DNA of 64,000 nucleotides from Eledone cirrhosa (lineage: Eukaryota): assembly GCA_964016885.1 (NCBI GenBank), contig OZ024742.1:21700001-21764000 (forward strand). Reading direction: 5' to 3'. The notes beneath the pieces were generated by a model. That model was not told where the DNA came from. It ran no database searches and saw only the letters and a list, made by a program, of their open reading frames with translations. The translations under genes and the position numbers were made by a program. Shown piece by piece: positions 24,546 to 39,647 of the stretch. The first letter of the stretch is position 1; each line of letters begins with the position of its first letter.

Positions 24546-27500
24546 TCTTTTACCAATAGAGAGAGAGAGTCGGTTTCTAACATAGTTACAAGACTCTCTC
24601 ATTGAAATTTCCACAACATCAACTAGGTAGATGTGTATGTATGTCTGCATGCATGTGTAGATATGGATGTTATTGTATGTGTGGATGTGTATGTTTTGAG
24701 TTGTGTATATGCTTTGTATCTGTACATGTGTATATGCAGTTATTAGATGCAGAATGTTTGGAATGTTTTACATATTTTTACTGTTCCATTAATGGATTGT
24801 ACTTGTAATTTCCTAACTAGTTGTGTCCTTTCTGTTCCTGTGAAGCCTAGCTTCTCAAGATTTTTATTGAGGCAGTTACTAACATACCCCAGTGCCCCAA
24901 TAATCACAGGCATAACTCTGAAGGTGTAATCAGGGTGGAGTATCTGCAGATTTCTCATCAGTTCTGCATATACTCCTTTTCGCTAATCTTTGATATTATA
25001 TTGGTATCCGCTGGGCAGCTAACTTCCACTGCTGTGCATGCTTTATTTTCCCTGTCCCATATCATAATATCTGGTCTGTTATGCCTGCATTTTATTGGGG
25101 CTTTTACTGGAACATTCCACCAGTATTCTTTCTTATTATGTATATGGATGTATTCCACATTGCTGTAGCTTTTAATGTCTTTATTATCGGGGCTATCTTT
25201 TCTACGGATTGCATTGTACAGTGTTCTGGCCACTACATCATGCCTCATAGGTAGATAGTACCGCGATGACATCTTTGGACAGCTGCTGATGACATGGGTG
25301 ACTTTTTCGATGTTAATTCTGCAGAGTCTGCACTTGTTATCACATCTAGGTGTTTTGCCTGCATCCCTATCTCTTTTGGGAATCAGGTATTTCGTGTTAA
25401 TTTCCTGTTCTTGGATTGCAAAAGCGTATCCTTCAAAGTGGGAGCCAATATAGCGTTTGTTGGTCCAAGATAGACTACTTTCCTTATATATATTACTCTC
25501 ACTCTGGAGCTTCCTAGCAACATATCCATGCACGATCTTTTGCTGATAAAGATAGTTTTTTTTTCATGGATTCACTGCGATAATGCTGAGCAACTTCCCT
25601 GGGTATGAGTTTTTGATTATCACACAGGGAATATCTCTCGAGAAATTCCTTCCCAACTCTCATGATCTTATCTATTTCATGCAGATAGACTTGCTCGAGA
25701 GACGGGCTCCTACGCTTCGAGGTTCGTAGATGTCGTCGGAGCATATGATGCGACATTCAAATGCTGTCTGGACTGATGTTAGGCCTCTGCCTCCCTGCTT
25801 ACGTTTCAAGTAAAGGCGGTCTATGTCACTGTTGATGTGGAAGTTTCCGTTGTTGTTTAGTATTTTTCGAGTTCTAACATCAACTGCTCGGATTTCGTCT
25901 CTCATCCATTTGAGTATTCCAAACGTTGGTGTTAGGACAGGCACAGCAAACACATTGTGCGCCACTGTTTTGTTTTGCGCAGAGAGTTCCGATGACTATA
26001 TCTTTCTTAATCGGGTGTAGTATTCCCTGGTTACGCGTTCCTTATTACAGATACAATTATAGGATATGTTCTCATCTATCCTCAAGTATCTGTAGCAGTG
26101 CCCATCAAATATCGGTGAAACAGTTAGGCCATTGATCACAATGTTGCTAGATTGGGGTTGTTGTTTTCCCCCGCTTTGCAGTCATATATGAGCATTTATC
26201 TTAGCCAAACTCCATTCCTATATCCTTTGAAAATGTTGTAACCAGGTCAAGATTTTTCTTCATCCCATCCTTGTTCTTGGCATTTCAGATCATCCACAAA
26301 GAAATTATGGGTTAGGTTCGTATTTCTGTCTTCCTGTCCGCCAATGATGTATCCTTCACATTTCTTGAGCTGAAAGAACAATGGGTTTAATGAGAGGATG
26401 AATAATATCACAGAGAGACTGACCCCCTGAAATATACCCCTGCGATATTTTATTTTATCAGTGAAACTAGAGTCCTCCTTCTCTGTCTTTAACTTTAGGA
26501 TAGTAGCCCAAGAAGAAGACAGCTTCTCTATGGCTCTGGTAATAATGTCTGGGACTTTAGCAAGTTGGAGGCCTCTATCATCCAAGAGTGGGAAACAGAA
26601 TCGAAAGCTTTCCTGTAGTCCAGTCAGACTGTAGCCATATTCCTCCTAGGTTGTCGCACCTTCGACATTGCAGCTTTGTTGATTAGGAGTTGTTCAACAC
26701 ATCCCTAAACTCCTTTCTTTCCAGCTGCTTGTTCATCTGTGATGATGTTATTATTTTCACAGTGATCTTGGAGGAATAGTTTCAGGCAGGCTGTATACAT
26801 CTTATACATCAGGTTCTGACATGCAATGAATCAGTATTTTTTTGCCAAGTGGGTGTCTTTGTTCTTGGGGACCAGTAATGTTTGTGCTAATGTCAACCGT
26901 TCTGGTATAAGTGTATCTCCCTTAAGAACTTGCTGGTAGAGGTCAGTAAGTTACCTCCAATAGAATATCAGTGTTTTGTACCAGTAGCCGACAATCATGT
27001 CTCTTCCTGGTGTTTTCTTATTTTGGAGTTTTCCTATCAGTCTCAAGGGTACTCTCACTTATTTCGTATGTTTTTGTTGTGGTTTAGGAGCAATAGTTCT
27101 TTCGGATTTCGTTTAGCCTCACTGCATCTTGGTTGACATTCTTCTTTTCACCCCATATCTTTCTCCAAAAGGAATCTATGTCTTTCTGAGTGACACTTAT
27201 TATTTTGCCCTTCATATCTCTATAGACTGATCTTTGGTTTCGTCTGAATCTTTTATTAAGCACTTTTCTTTCATCTACTTTCTTCAGGTATCGGCGTATT
27301 TCGCTAATAGCTCTCAATTCTTGTCTGAGGGTGATCAGCTTATATTGAAGAGTTCTGGTTCTACTGTTACCAAACATCGTCGCTATTTTATTTTTCACTC
27401 TTTGTTAGTGAGGAGTGAGGTTTTTTTGTGTTTGTTTGCATGTAAGGCGCAATGTCACACATCCTATGGTTTTTCGTAGGTCAGCAATCTTTTTTTCTAT

Positions 27501-28622
27501 TTTAGTTATATATGATGATATTTTTGGTGGTGTTTTGTTCTTGTTAATATCTCTACTATCACCAAGATAATGCTTCACTGTCGTTGCTAAGGCATATAAA
27601 CAGGCGTTGATTTGCCAAAATGTTGGCGTTTTTATCCGTCGCAAATATTCATCCCCTATTTTGTCAATAACGTAATATTTCATTATTTAGTTTTTTATTA
27701 AATATTGTTGTTTTAACGCGTTCAGCAAGAGAGATATTTATACATGAATTAATTTCTCTCTGGAAGATTTCGCTGAGGGAAATTTTTAATTGTTTATACT
27801 TTTGATTATTATCATTATCGATAGTATTTTCCACAACAGTCGAGGTACACTTGGATGGTATACGTGGTGTCAAATTTCCTCGATTATTATTATTATTTCT
27901 TCGATTATTATTATTTATCGATAGTGTTTTCCCCAGCATTCGAGGTAGACTTAGATGTTACACATGGTGTCAAGTTTTTTACAGGCATAGTTGTTTGAAG
28001 GCACTGTTCGACCTGGCTGATAGGAAGTCTAGTAGCATCGAGACCTGTAGCACGTGTTGTTGATTCCATGTTTGTTGTGGAGGACTGACAATTAATAATA
28101 TTTATCTTATTTTTACGTTCAACAAACGTCGCTTGTTGGCGTAATTGTTTCGCTGGGAAGTGATTTAGCTCTGGGTGTATTTCGTCCCAGTGTAGCTTCA
28201 TTCTCTTCATATAGCCAATAGAGGGATTTTGTTTGCCATTTTATAACAATTAAATGAATCACCATTAAGTTCGCAACTCCAAGAGAAATGCGATTTATAA
28301 TTTCGGTTTCTTCTGTAGCTACAACTTAATACATTTTGTTTACCTTTCTCGTTTTTCTTTGGTATTCCACTGATATTGTTGTTGTTGATGTTATGTTCAT
28401 CCATGCTGTTTGTAGCAAATTCTTGTAAAATGAATTATGTATTTAGTCGGATATCTCTACGAATTTGAATAAAAGGTGTTTTCCGTGAATATAGTTAGAA
28501 GAATATCCAGTTATTCAACATGACTGTAGTTGTGGCATTACTGTCGGAGATAGTATTCATCTTAAATTTAATAAATAGTCTCCCACGCCAATATATGCAA
28601 CTGATCGCGTTGAGTGACTGAT
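24546..28622 (-). mobile_element. R4/Dong-like non-LTR retrotransposon (RT + CCHC + restriction-like endonuclease), heavily frameshifted
   Basis: RT: LDYRKAFDSVSH, RGIFQGVSLS.ILF, FFVDDLK; RKQGGRGL; CRLC....E.VTHVISSC, RHD.VA, RPDIMIWD, VEVSCP, VIIGALG. Confidence 0.88.
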
Positions 28623-28674
28623 TATGTATGTATGCATGTATATATATGTATGTATGTATGCATGCATGCATGTA

Positions 28675-28949
28675 TAGAATAAGAAAATGCGAAGTGGTTG
28701 CATATATTAAAGTCCTTTATTGATAAGGCTGTGATATATATTTACATGACGACACTGGCCACATGATTACGCGCAACCAGTGCCATGATCTCATCAGACA
28801 GCTTCATAACATAATAAGGTTACGTTCTCGAGGCAATCCAAACTAAAACGACAAGGGAACGGACAAAGATGATGTTTTTGAAGCGTTCACCAGTTCCTTA
28901 TCAATAAAGGGCCTTAACATTTAAAACTACTTCGCATGTTCTTATTCTA
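28675..28949. mobile_element. Small HHR-bearing element with ~55-bp inverted ends
   Basis: TAGAATAAGAAAATGCGAAGT..TTTATTGATAAGG versus CCTTATCAATAAA..ACTTCGCATGTTCTTATTCTA. Confidence 0.65.
28728..28802 (-). ncRNA. Type I hammerhead ribozyme, one core lesion
   Basis: GCUGU CUGAUGA [AUGGCACUGGU..GCCAGUGUCGU stem II] GUAAA UAUAUA UC ACAGC; perfect stem I, extra U in GAAA. Confidence 0.7.
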
Positions 28950-31786
28950 AATACACTCCGTTATTCCTATGTGTAAAAAGTACGTAGAGTGCTTGAATTA
29001 AATTGCATCAATGTTTATCGTGTGCGCATGCGTGCATGCGTGTGTGCATGCGTGTGTGCGTGTATCTGTGAGTGTGTGTGTGTGTGTGTATGCGTGTGTA
29101 TGTGGATGTGTGTGTGTGCGTGTTTATATATCTATAGAAAAGGTAGATCGCAGATCAATATTCAGCAAAGAAATATAGAAAAAAAATAACGGATACCCAA
29201 TTAGCTAACGGCGCTTATATCATTTCAATTTCCCTTCGATTCTTTAACATCTTTTATATACTTGTTTATGTTGATTGGTTTCCGATCATACGTCAGACTA
29301 GATAAGACATTCACAGCGACAGATCGTGCTATATATGATGATGCCATCAACACATCACATATATTTATTCATAATCTGTCTCGTATTAAAATAAGCATCA
29401 GAAATTTAATCATGTCACTTCTAATCATTAATGTTCAGTGTATATTATAGATTTATTTCTAATGTACTACTATCATGCCAGTGGGGCTATTAAGTTAGAC
29501 ATGGCCTGGGCCAATACTGGCCGAAACATAAAGTTATCATACATTAGTCTTCTCTCTTACTAAGTACTAAGATATATATTGTCCGCGGAAATACATTTGC
29601 GGTTTGTCCGCGGGGCGCATCGCCAACACAACCGCGTCCGAGGCCCAGAGCTCATCAACCTCTCCCTCCCATTCTGCTGTGAACCTAGAGCTATTGCCTT
29701 TCCCTTACTTTTCTGTATTCATAACTACAAAAGACACTTGCATATTTTACAATAAAATATTTTTTCTTCTTTTATTGCAAAAAAACATTTTAAAAGAAAG
29801 ATGGTCGAGTGAGCGAGGAAAGCAAAGAAAGAGAAAAAATATTTCTACGAAAAATAAATCGAACAATAAAAATCACGCGACGAATGTAGTCATGTGAGCA
29901 ATCTTATCTAGCTCTGGCGCGTTTTACGTGAAGATTCGTGCAATTTCGGAACTGAATATCTTACACTCCGACTATCACCAAAGATGAACGAAAATAACAG
30001 TAAAGTTACTTCTAACGATATCTCCTCAGCTTCATTAATGTTCAGTGACAGTAAAGTAAAATAAAACTGGGAATATCTGCAATCCTTTCTTATGCTAATC
30101 ATAGCAGTCAAATCTCCCGAATAATCCACAGCTTATAATCTAAATTAAGAGCTTCCATTTGCTTTATAACCGATCTCATCAAATAGTACTGAAACGGAAA
30201 TAAACCAACATAGAAGCCTCTTCGTGGCATCTCACCCTGTTAGGAATAGCAGCAAATTGGCTGTTAAATCCGGTCCAGTGACTATGCGGAAGGTACGTTG
30301 CCGGTGCAGTGCCTCCAGCTATATGAGTGTTGGTTGAAAATTTCATATAGCATAACGTTGTTCTTTTAGCAGGCCAGTGTTTAGCGACTACATTACACTT
30401 CTTTTTAAAATATTGCTGATGCTCTGTTGAATGGGTATGATTTTGTATGTTCATGCATTTGTGTGTAAGTGCGTGTGTGTATGCATATATCAGTATGTAT
30501 GCGTAGTTTATATTTATTTTACACGATTTTCTAAGCTAACATTTTTAGTAACACTTATTTTCTCAATATATATATTTATATATTCAACTTACATATTCAT
30601 ATATACCAGTGCGGATAATAGAATATTTTCCCCATACATCCTTCTAGTTCTCTAGAAATCGTTGTATGAATCTTAATGTTATATATGTAACTAGCCGCTA
30701 CAAAATTCACATCCCTCTATAACGGGTAGAAATGAATTTGAAACACTTAAAGTGTAGATATATTTTATAATTCTTTACTAAAATATCGAAACCCTTAATG
30801 CGACGAGAGACCTGCTGGTTTTGTAATTATTCGTTTCCTCTATTTCTTTACCTAATTTGTGAAACAACGCAAATTATTCACATAGTTGTGTAAAAATATG
30901 GATAGATCTCACACACACGAAAGCACCCACACGAGTACACGATCATTATCTCCCGTGACTGAAACCTGTCTTCTGTTAAGAAACGCCAATCCATCTTATT
31001 ACTTCCTTCGGCCTGGACTTCTGTCAAAAGTAGAAACAATTATTTCCTTCGGCTATCTCCCGATATATTTCGTCCACATTAGGCCAGCTAGCCAGTCATA
31101 TTTTTCCTTCTCATTCTTTTCATCTGTGTCTGTTGGCAAGGAACCACATTCTAAAATGTTGAAGTCCTACAGCGTAAAATATATTGCCATTTATTCCTGT
31201 GTATTTTTGTCTACGTTATATTTTTGTTGTTTCTTGTTCCTGAAATTATTTTTGTAAATGTTATTACATGAACACAGAGTCCACCCCCCGCTTTGCCTAG
31301 AGTTAACATATATTATTACTAAATATAGCTATAATATAATTATTTTCGTATCTAAATGTCACTGATATTTGGAACATTGATAGAAATTCGAAAACCAACG
31401 GGGTAACAAAATGATTGACATTCATTCTTAAACTCTATGAAACATTCTCCAGCAAATAGATTTCATGACTAAAATTCTTGCAATCAACTTATATATATAT
31501 ATATATATATATAAAACAATTGTGAATCTTGACTTGGAAATATGTTGCAAGTTTTTGCCCTTTAAGTGTCATATTTTATCATTATTAATCATAACAAAAT
31601 ATTGACTACTATCCATTACACATTTTTTCCTATAATGGTTCGTGAAAATTTCGCTTATTATTTACGACTGAGTCTATTATAGAATGAGAATGTTTCATAT
31701 GTAAAACTTGCGCAGCGTTTTATAACAATTTTGCCAATTGAAATTTCATTCCTCTAATTTTGTCACAAGTCAGGAGGTTCGTCAGG

Positions 31787-32030
31787 CCAGTGCCTTGCCC
31801 GGATTTCAAGGCGTGAAGCAATTGAAAGTACACGACTCTCCACTGGACAGGCCGCCTGTCCATCCCAGTGTAAAACCCCCAACTATTGCTGTTATTCATT
31901 TTCAGCTACGTACACTGGAGCGACGTGAAATGAAGTCTTTTACTCAAGAACACAACGGACAACCCAGCCAATGAATCGAACCCATGACATTATGAACATA
32001 ATTCCAACAGTCTTAGGCCAAGCACCTCAA
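31787..32030 (-). mobile_element. Second SINE family (CORE-like), diverged
   Basis: Minus strand GGGTTCGATTC B-box followed by GTTGTGTTCTTGAGTAAAAGACTT..GCTCCAGT. Confidence 0.6.
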
Positions 32031-34679
32031 TTGGTTCATTCTGCAGTGTCTAATTGATTAGATGCTGATATATCTTAATATGTATCCCATTCAATTAGAA
32101 AGTGAAACAATTAGGACCACAATGTTGGTAGATGCTGGGCACAGTTTTATTGCACATTTAACAGAATATTATGTTGTTTAATCACGAGGCAATATTTTCT
32201 CTGAATATTCGAAAAAACAACAGTCTTTACATTTTATATTCCATGTCTGGAAAATAATATTTGAATTATGTGTGCCAGTCTTTACATTACCGTAATAAGA
32301 CTGTATGGAATAAATCATTGGTTTTCTTTTTGTTTTGTTGGTTGTTGTTTTGCTTTGTTTTCTTTCAAATAACATAAGATGAAGAGAATTACGTGAGATG
32401 TAAATACTGTGTAGATGAAATAAAAATTGAATAATCCTGTAGATAATATATCGATTTACGTTATAAGTAATTTTCCTCTTATATAGCAAATCTATTGTAA
32501 ACACAGTGACGTACTCTTTAACTTCACATTTGTACTCTCAAACAATCACGATATTATAATTTAAATACATAAATATGGGGAAATGGTTTAAAACATCGCA
32601 CAATTATCATCATTGCCATATGAAACACCAAAATTACCATCCATATTATTATCATAATTAACACCATTACGAACATCTTGAGTTTTATTACCTATATAAT
32701 CCTTAATATATTCTATAATATTGACGCCGTTTTTATGCTACCCTAGGTGGTCAAGTGACATTTCTGAGATTCCATTAGTAACTACTAATATTATAAACTT
32801 CCCAATAATGCACAGTTGAGAATCTGGCTCTTGTTCACATGGGATACGTCTGACAAAATATCGATTTAATATATTCTGCTTCAAATATGCGAGGTTTCGC
32901 TTCTTCAGGCGATATTTTGCGAAATAAAATCCATAAGAGTGTTTGGATTAATGTTGCCACTTGGTCATTTTCTGTGTGTGCAATTTCTATGTTAGCAAGT
33001 TTTTTGTATAAAACTGTATATCCAATGATAACTAGGGGGAGATACAGGGAACACAAAAATGATTGAGTGTATTCATATTTTTAATTTTTACCCCAAAATA
33101 CCTTGAAGGAAATTTATGACAAAATTAATTGATTCGTCTCTCGTTAAAGGGTTCTTCTGTCCGAAATACAAACATTGTTGCTATTGATATATTAAATACA
33201 AGGATTGCGGATTGTCTGAATTGTTAGAACTTGAGATAAAATTCAATTACAGTATTTGTTTAGGCTTTTTACATTATGAGTTCAAATCCTGTAAACTTCA
33301 AATTGGTTTTTCATCTTCTCGGGGTCGATAACATAAAATATCAGTGAAATTCGGGCTTTGAATTAATAGACTTTCCCTTCTTCAAATTTGCTGGATTTAG
33401 AAATCGATATATTAAATGCAATTCTAACCATAGTTTTACATGATAGAGCCCACCTCTACACTTAATATATATACTATCTTGTCTGATATTTACTACCTCT
33501 CTCCGGTCATGATAGAGTATTTGATTACTTCTAAAATATTGTACATTGGGAGATCAAGGAGTAAGAGGTCATTGCTGATACGATTCTATCTCGTATTTTA
33601 ATCTAGCCCTTATCCCTCCCTAAGAACTGAACAATATTTCTAGATATACACAATATCATATTTGATGAATATGAAAATATAAAATCAAACAAAAACAATA
33701 CATATTTCCTCTCCCAGAATTTATAATTCGTCATATCCATTCTAAAAATAAATTCAAAACAAAACAAAATGAATGATTTGGATAAATACTAATTAATAAA
33801 AATGGAATATACCATGATAGAGCCTTACCATTTAAAATGAGCATTCTCAGAGGTCCTGATGAATGTAAATTGAGGAAAGTGTCCATTATTCTAGACACGA
33901 CCTCTCACACATTGTTTTCCCCTACACCATATATAAATGAACAGAAAATGAAGGAAATCGTATATCAATATTAATGATATTTCCATAATTCAAATTATAT
34001 AGTTCAGTCTAAAGTAAATTCCATATTCCTAGGATCACTTAAATTGTTTTTCTCCGTTTTAAAATTAATATAAAGTTCCTCCTTTATAAATACGTACATA
34101 TGTATGTACACACACAAACACACAGGCACACACACATACACACACATATATATAAATATATATATATATGCGTGTGTGTGTGTATTTAATTATATATATA
34201 GTCATATACATATATATATGTGTGTGTGTGTGTGTGTTTATATGCATGCTTATATACGTATGTATATACGTATGTATGTATGTATGTATGTATGTATGTA
34301 TGTATGTATGTATGTGCTGCAAGTGTTTAGAGAAATGATTTATCAGAGTGTGACACTAAGTGTTTCAATTTTGAACAATAGCAGAAGAAACAGGTTGAAG
34401 GTTGAGTAGCTAACATAATAAGAACATTAATGAAAAATTACTTCGTAATAAATTAGAACAGGAGGAAAATTGACAAGGGTTTTTGAATGGGAGTTCTATT
34501 TTCCCCTTCCAGCCTTCTCACGTCTTATAATATAATTATCCCCAGGAGAAATGTATGAATATCATCGCATCTCATTTCACTATTTCAGAAATAGAAAACC
34601 TGCGATTCTACCCAAACCATTTCTTCCTAATTATTGGTTTCTGATTGAAGCACAATACTATCAACGTTGAATGAAGAGA

Positions 34680-34942
34680 AAATGGATTACATTGACCCCA
34701 GTACCTTACTATTACTTTATTTATCAACCCCGTAAGGATGAAATTCAACGCTAAATACGGCCGGATTTGAACCCAGAACGTAAAGGGACTATATACTGCT
34801 TTTCTGGTAGTAGTAATAAATGTTTATACATTTAGCACAAGGTCAGCAATTTGAAATATTGAAAATCAAAACGTTGGAGGTAACTATATGCCATAGAGGC
34901 ATGTGGTACGGGGTTCCACTGATACTGCCGATTCACCGCCTC
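34680..34942 (-). mobile_element. Diverged SINE fragments
   Basis: TTTATCAACCCCGTAAGGATGAAA, GGATTTGAACCCAGAA, GATACTGCCGATTCACCGCC. Confidence 0.6.
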
Positions 34943-35364
34943 TTTTCTTTATAAATATTCGAATAATTCTGACTAATGATTTGAGTGATGAGAAAAAGTA
35001 ATGAACGAAGCTAAAACGGGGTTTGATTGTCAGAATCATCTAAGCGGCGGACAAAAGAATTTGGTATGTGGTGCGGCTCTTATGTACTGAGTTCAAATCC
35101 CACTGATGTCAAATTTGAATTTCATTTCTTTACCCTGTCGATAGAGTAGTTTACGTATCAATCTAGTTGTCAAATAAATGTATCAATAAATTGATCTAAT
35201 ATTCGTCGATTTTAACGATAAATGTTCAAATGGACCACCGCCCTTATTTAATTATCTTTCAAGAGGCTGAGAATTATAGTAACGTATGTACCCTTAATGT
35301 ATTTTTTAGGGACACTCAACATAACACAATGGGCGACAAGATTGGCCCTTTGAATTACAGATGC

Positions 35365-35520
35365 AATCGATCCGACTCTGTTCAAGCAGTTTCCGTGTAC
35401 CAAATTTTCACTCAAAAGACATGAGTCTACTGAAGTCAATAGCAAAAGACACTTGCTCAAGGTGCCACGCAGTGTGAACAGAATTGAGAGTAAATCTTTG
35501 CAAAGCGACTGCTGAAACAT
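35365..35520 (-). mobile_element. SINE fragment (CORE-like)
   Basis: AAGACACTTGCTCAAGGTGCCACGCAG motif; similar pieces near 7900-8000 and 36205-36300. Confidence 0.5.
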
Positions 35521-35613
35521 TCTACAAGTAATTACACGTGCAATAGATCCGAATGCCTCCCAAACAATTTCCGTATACCCAATTTTCACTCACGGGCATT
35601 GGTGGAATTGTAA

Positions 35614-36205
35614 CTAACGCCGGATTTAATGCGGAAAAAGTGGGCTATAGCCCCGATCTCCCTACCATCGAAGACCGCAGTAATTTATTTGTGCAGTCTG
35701 CTGAGCATTTTAGTTTATCGCTTTGATAACGAGCATGTTCGACCTTTTAAGTACAAATGCCACGATAAAGTGCACTCAGTACATCCTGCTGTGTTGGTGT
35801 CTTGATAAAATATACCTAGATAACTGTGTAAAGTGGTTGGGCTGCTCTCGAAAAAGCAATGCACTTAGTAAACACTCTAAAGTGGTTATGTTAGGAAGGA
35901 TATCCAGCCATAGAAACCATGCCAAATATGCACTGTATGAGCAAGATGGGGGTCACACCGATATGTCTGGGATGCGACTGTGACACCCATCCAACACATA
36001 ACAGTGAGAAAAGTGGACGGAAAACGAGGATGGTTAGATGTTTTGAATTAAATACATTTATGTATAACTTTTCAATTCCAGTTACTTGCTCCATGCAGTC
36101 TTTGATATGTAAAATTGGGGTTTGCTGAGTATTCTATTTTTATTTTGTGTACGAGCCCCAAAATCTGAAGTGCTCCCGGGCCCTCCAAGGTTTAAATATG
36201 ACCCT
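35614..36205. mobile_element. Probable hAT-type MITE, decayed, with an internal insertion
   Basis: Ends GCCGGATTTA..TAAATATGACCCTG; internal GGATGGTTAGA...ACTTTTCAATTCCA shared with 47309-47682. Confidence 0.45.
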
Positions 36206-36739
36206 GCTTGTGACTATGGCAAAAAAACACTTGCTAAAGTTTTTACGCAGTCGGATCAAATTCGAGAGCTAATCTCTGCAAAGTGAACTGCTTAAACATT
36301 CCTCACATAATCAATAAACGATGCTCAAATTTTCCGAAAGACCAAATAGAATCAGCCACTAGAAATAGGAAAAACAAAGATACAGTTCTGATACAGGAAA
36401 ACTTCGTAACGGTTTCGATTCCTTCCATTAATCGACTTTCTATCACTCATATAATTTTACTTCTTACATTTTTACCGTCGACGTTTACTAGAAAACAGAA
36501 ATAGAGTCTCTATGTGAGAGATCAATATATAGACTAGCGAGAAATCTGCTGTATCAATAAGTCAAATGTCAATTCTGATTGGCAGCATCTTAAAGAGATT
36601 TACATTATGTAAATATCAACTGCAGTTATCCATTTGAAAGTACGTTTCCTCCTCGTCATCTTTTTCTGATGGGTCTTCTACTTCATCTTCTATCTCCCAT
36701 TCTTCACATTCTTCAATACAGTCATCATATCCATCACAT

Positions 36740-37015
36740 TCGTCACGTTCATCTTCTTCTTTTCCTTCTTCTTTTCTTCTTTTTATTCTTCTTATTCTTC
36801 CACTTTTTATTGTCATTAATATTAATATTATTATTATTAACATTATTATTATTATCATTATTATTAATCTTCTTCTTTTTCTTTTTCTTCTTCTTCTTCT
36901 ACTACTTTTTCTTCTTTATCTTCTTCGTATTCTTCTTCTTTGTCGTCTATTTCGATGGCATGGTAATAACATTTCCAGTAATAATACAACTAATAATAAT
37001 AACAATAACAATAAA
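36740..37015. repeat. (TTC)n/(TTA)n/(TAA)n low-complexity tract
   Basis: Seen directly. Confidence 0.9.
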
Positions 37016-37059
37016 ATTAGTTACTTGCATTGCTACAGAAACTGAAGTACATATATATC

Positions 37060-39647
<2,588 letters not shown>

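Noticed and set aside
28575-28622. HDV-like ribozyme at the 5' end of the R4/Dong-like element
   Set aside because: Only a simple hairpin is visible; the nested double pseudoknot could not be built by eye
36616-36858. Acidic E/D-rich ORF
   Set aside because: It derives from (TTC/TCA)n low-complexity sequence with no domain signature
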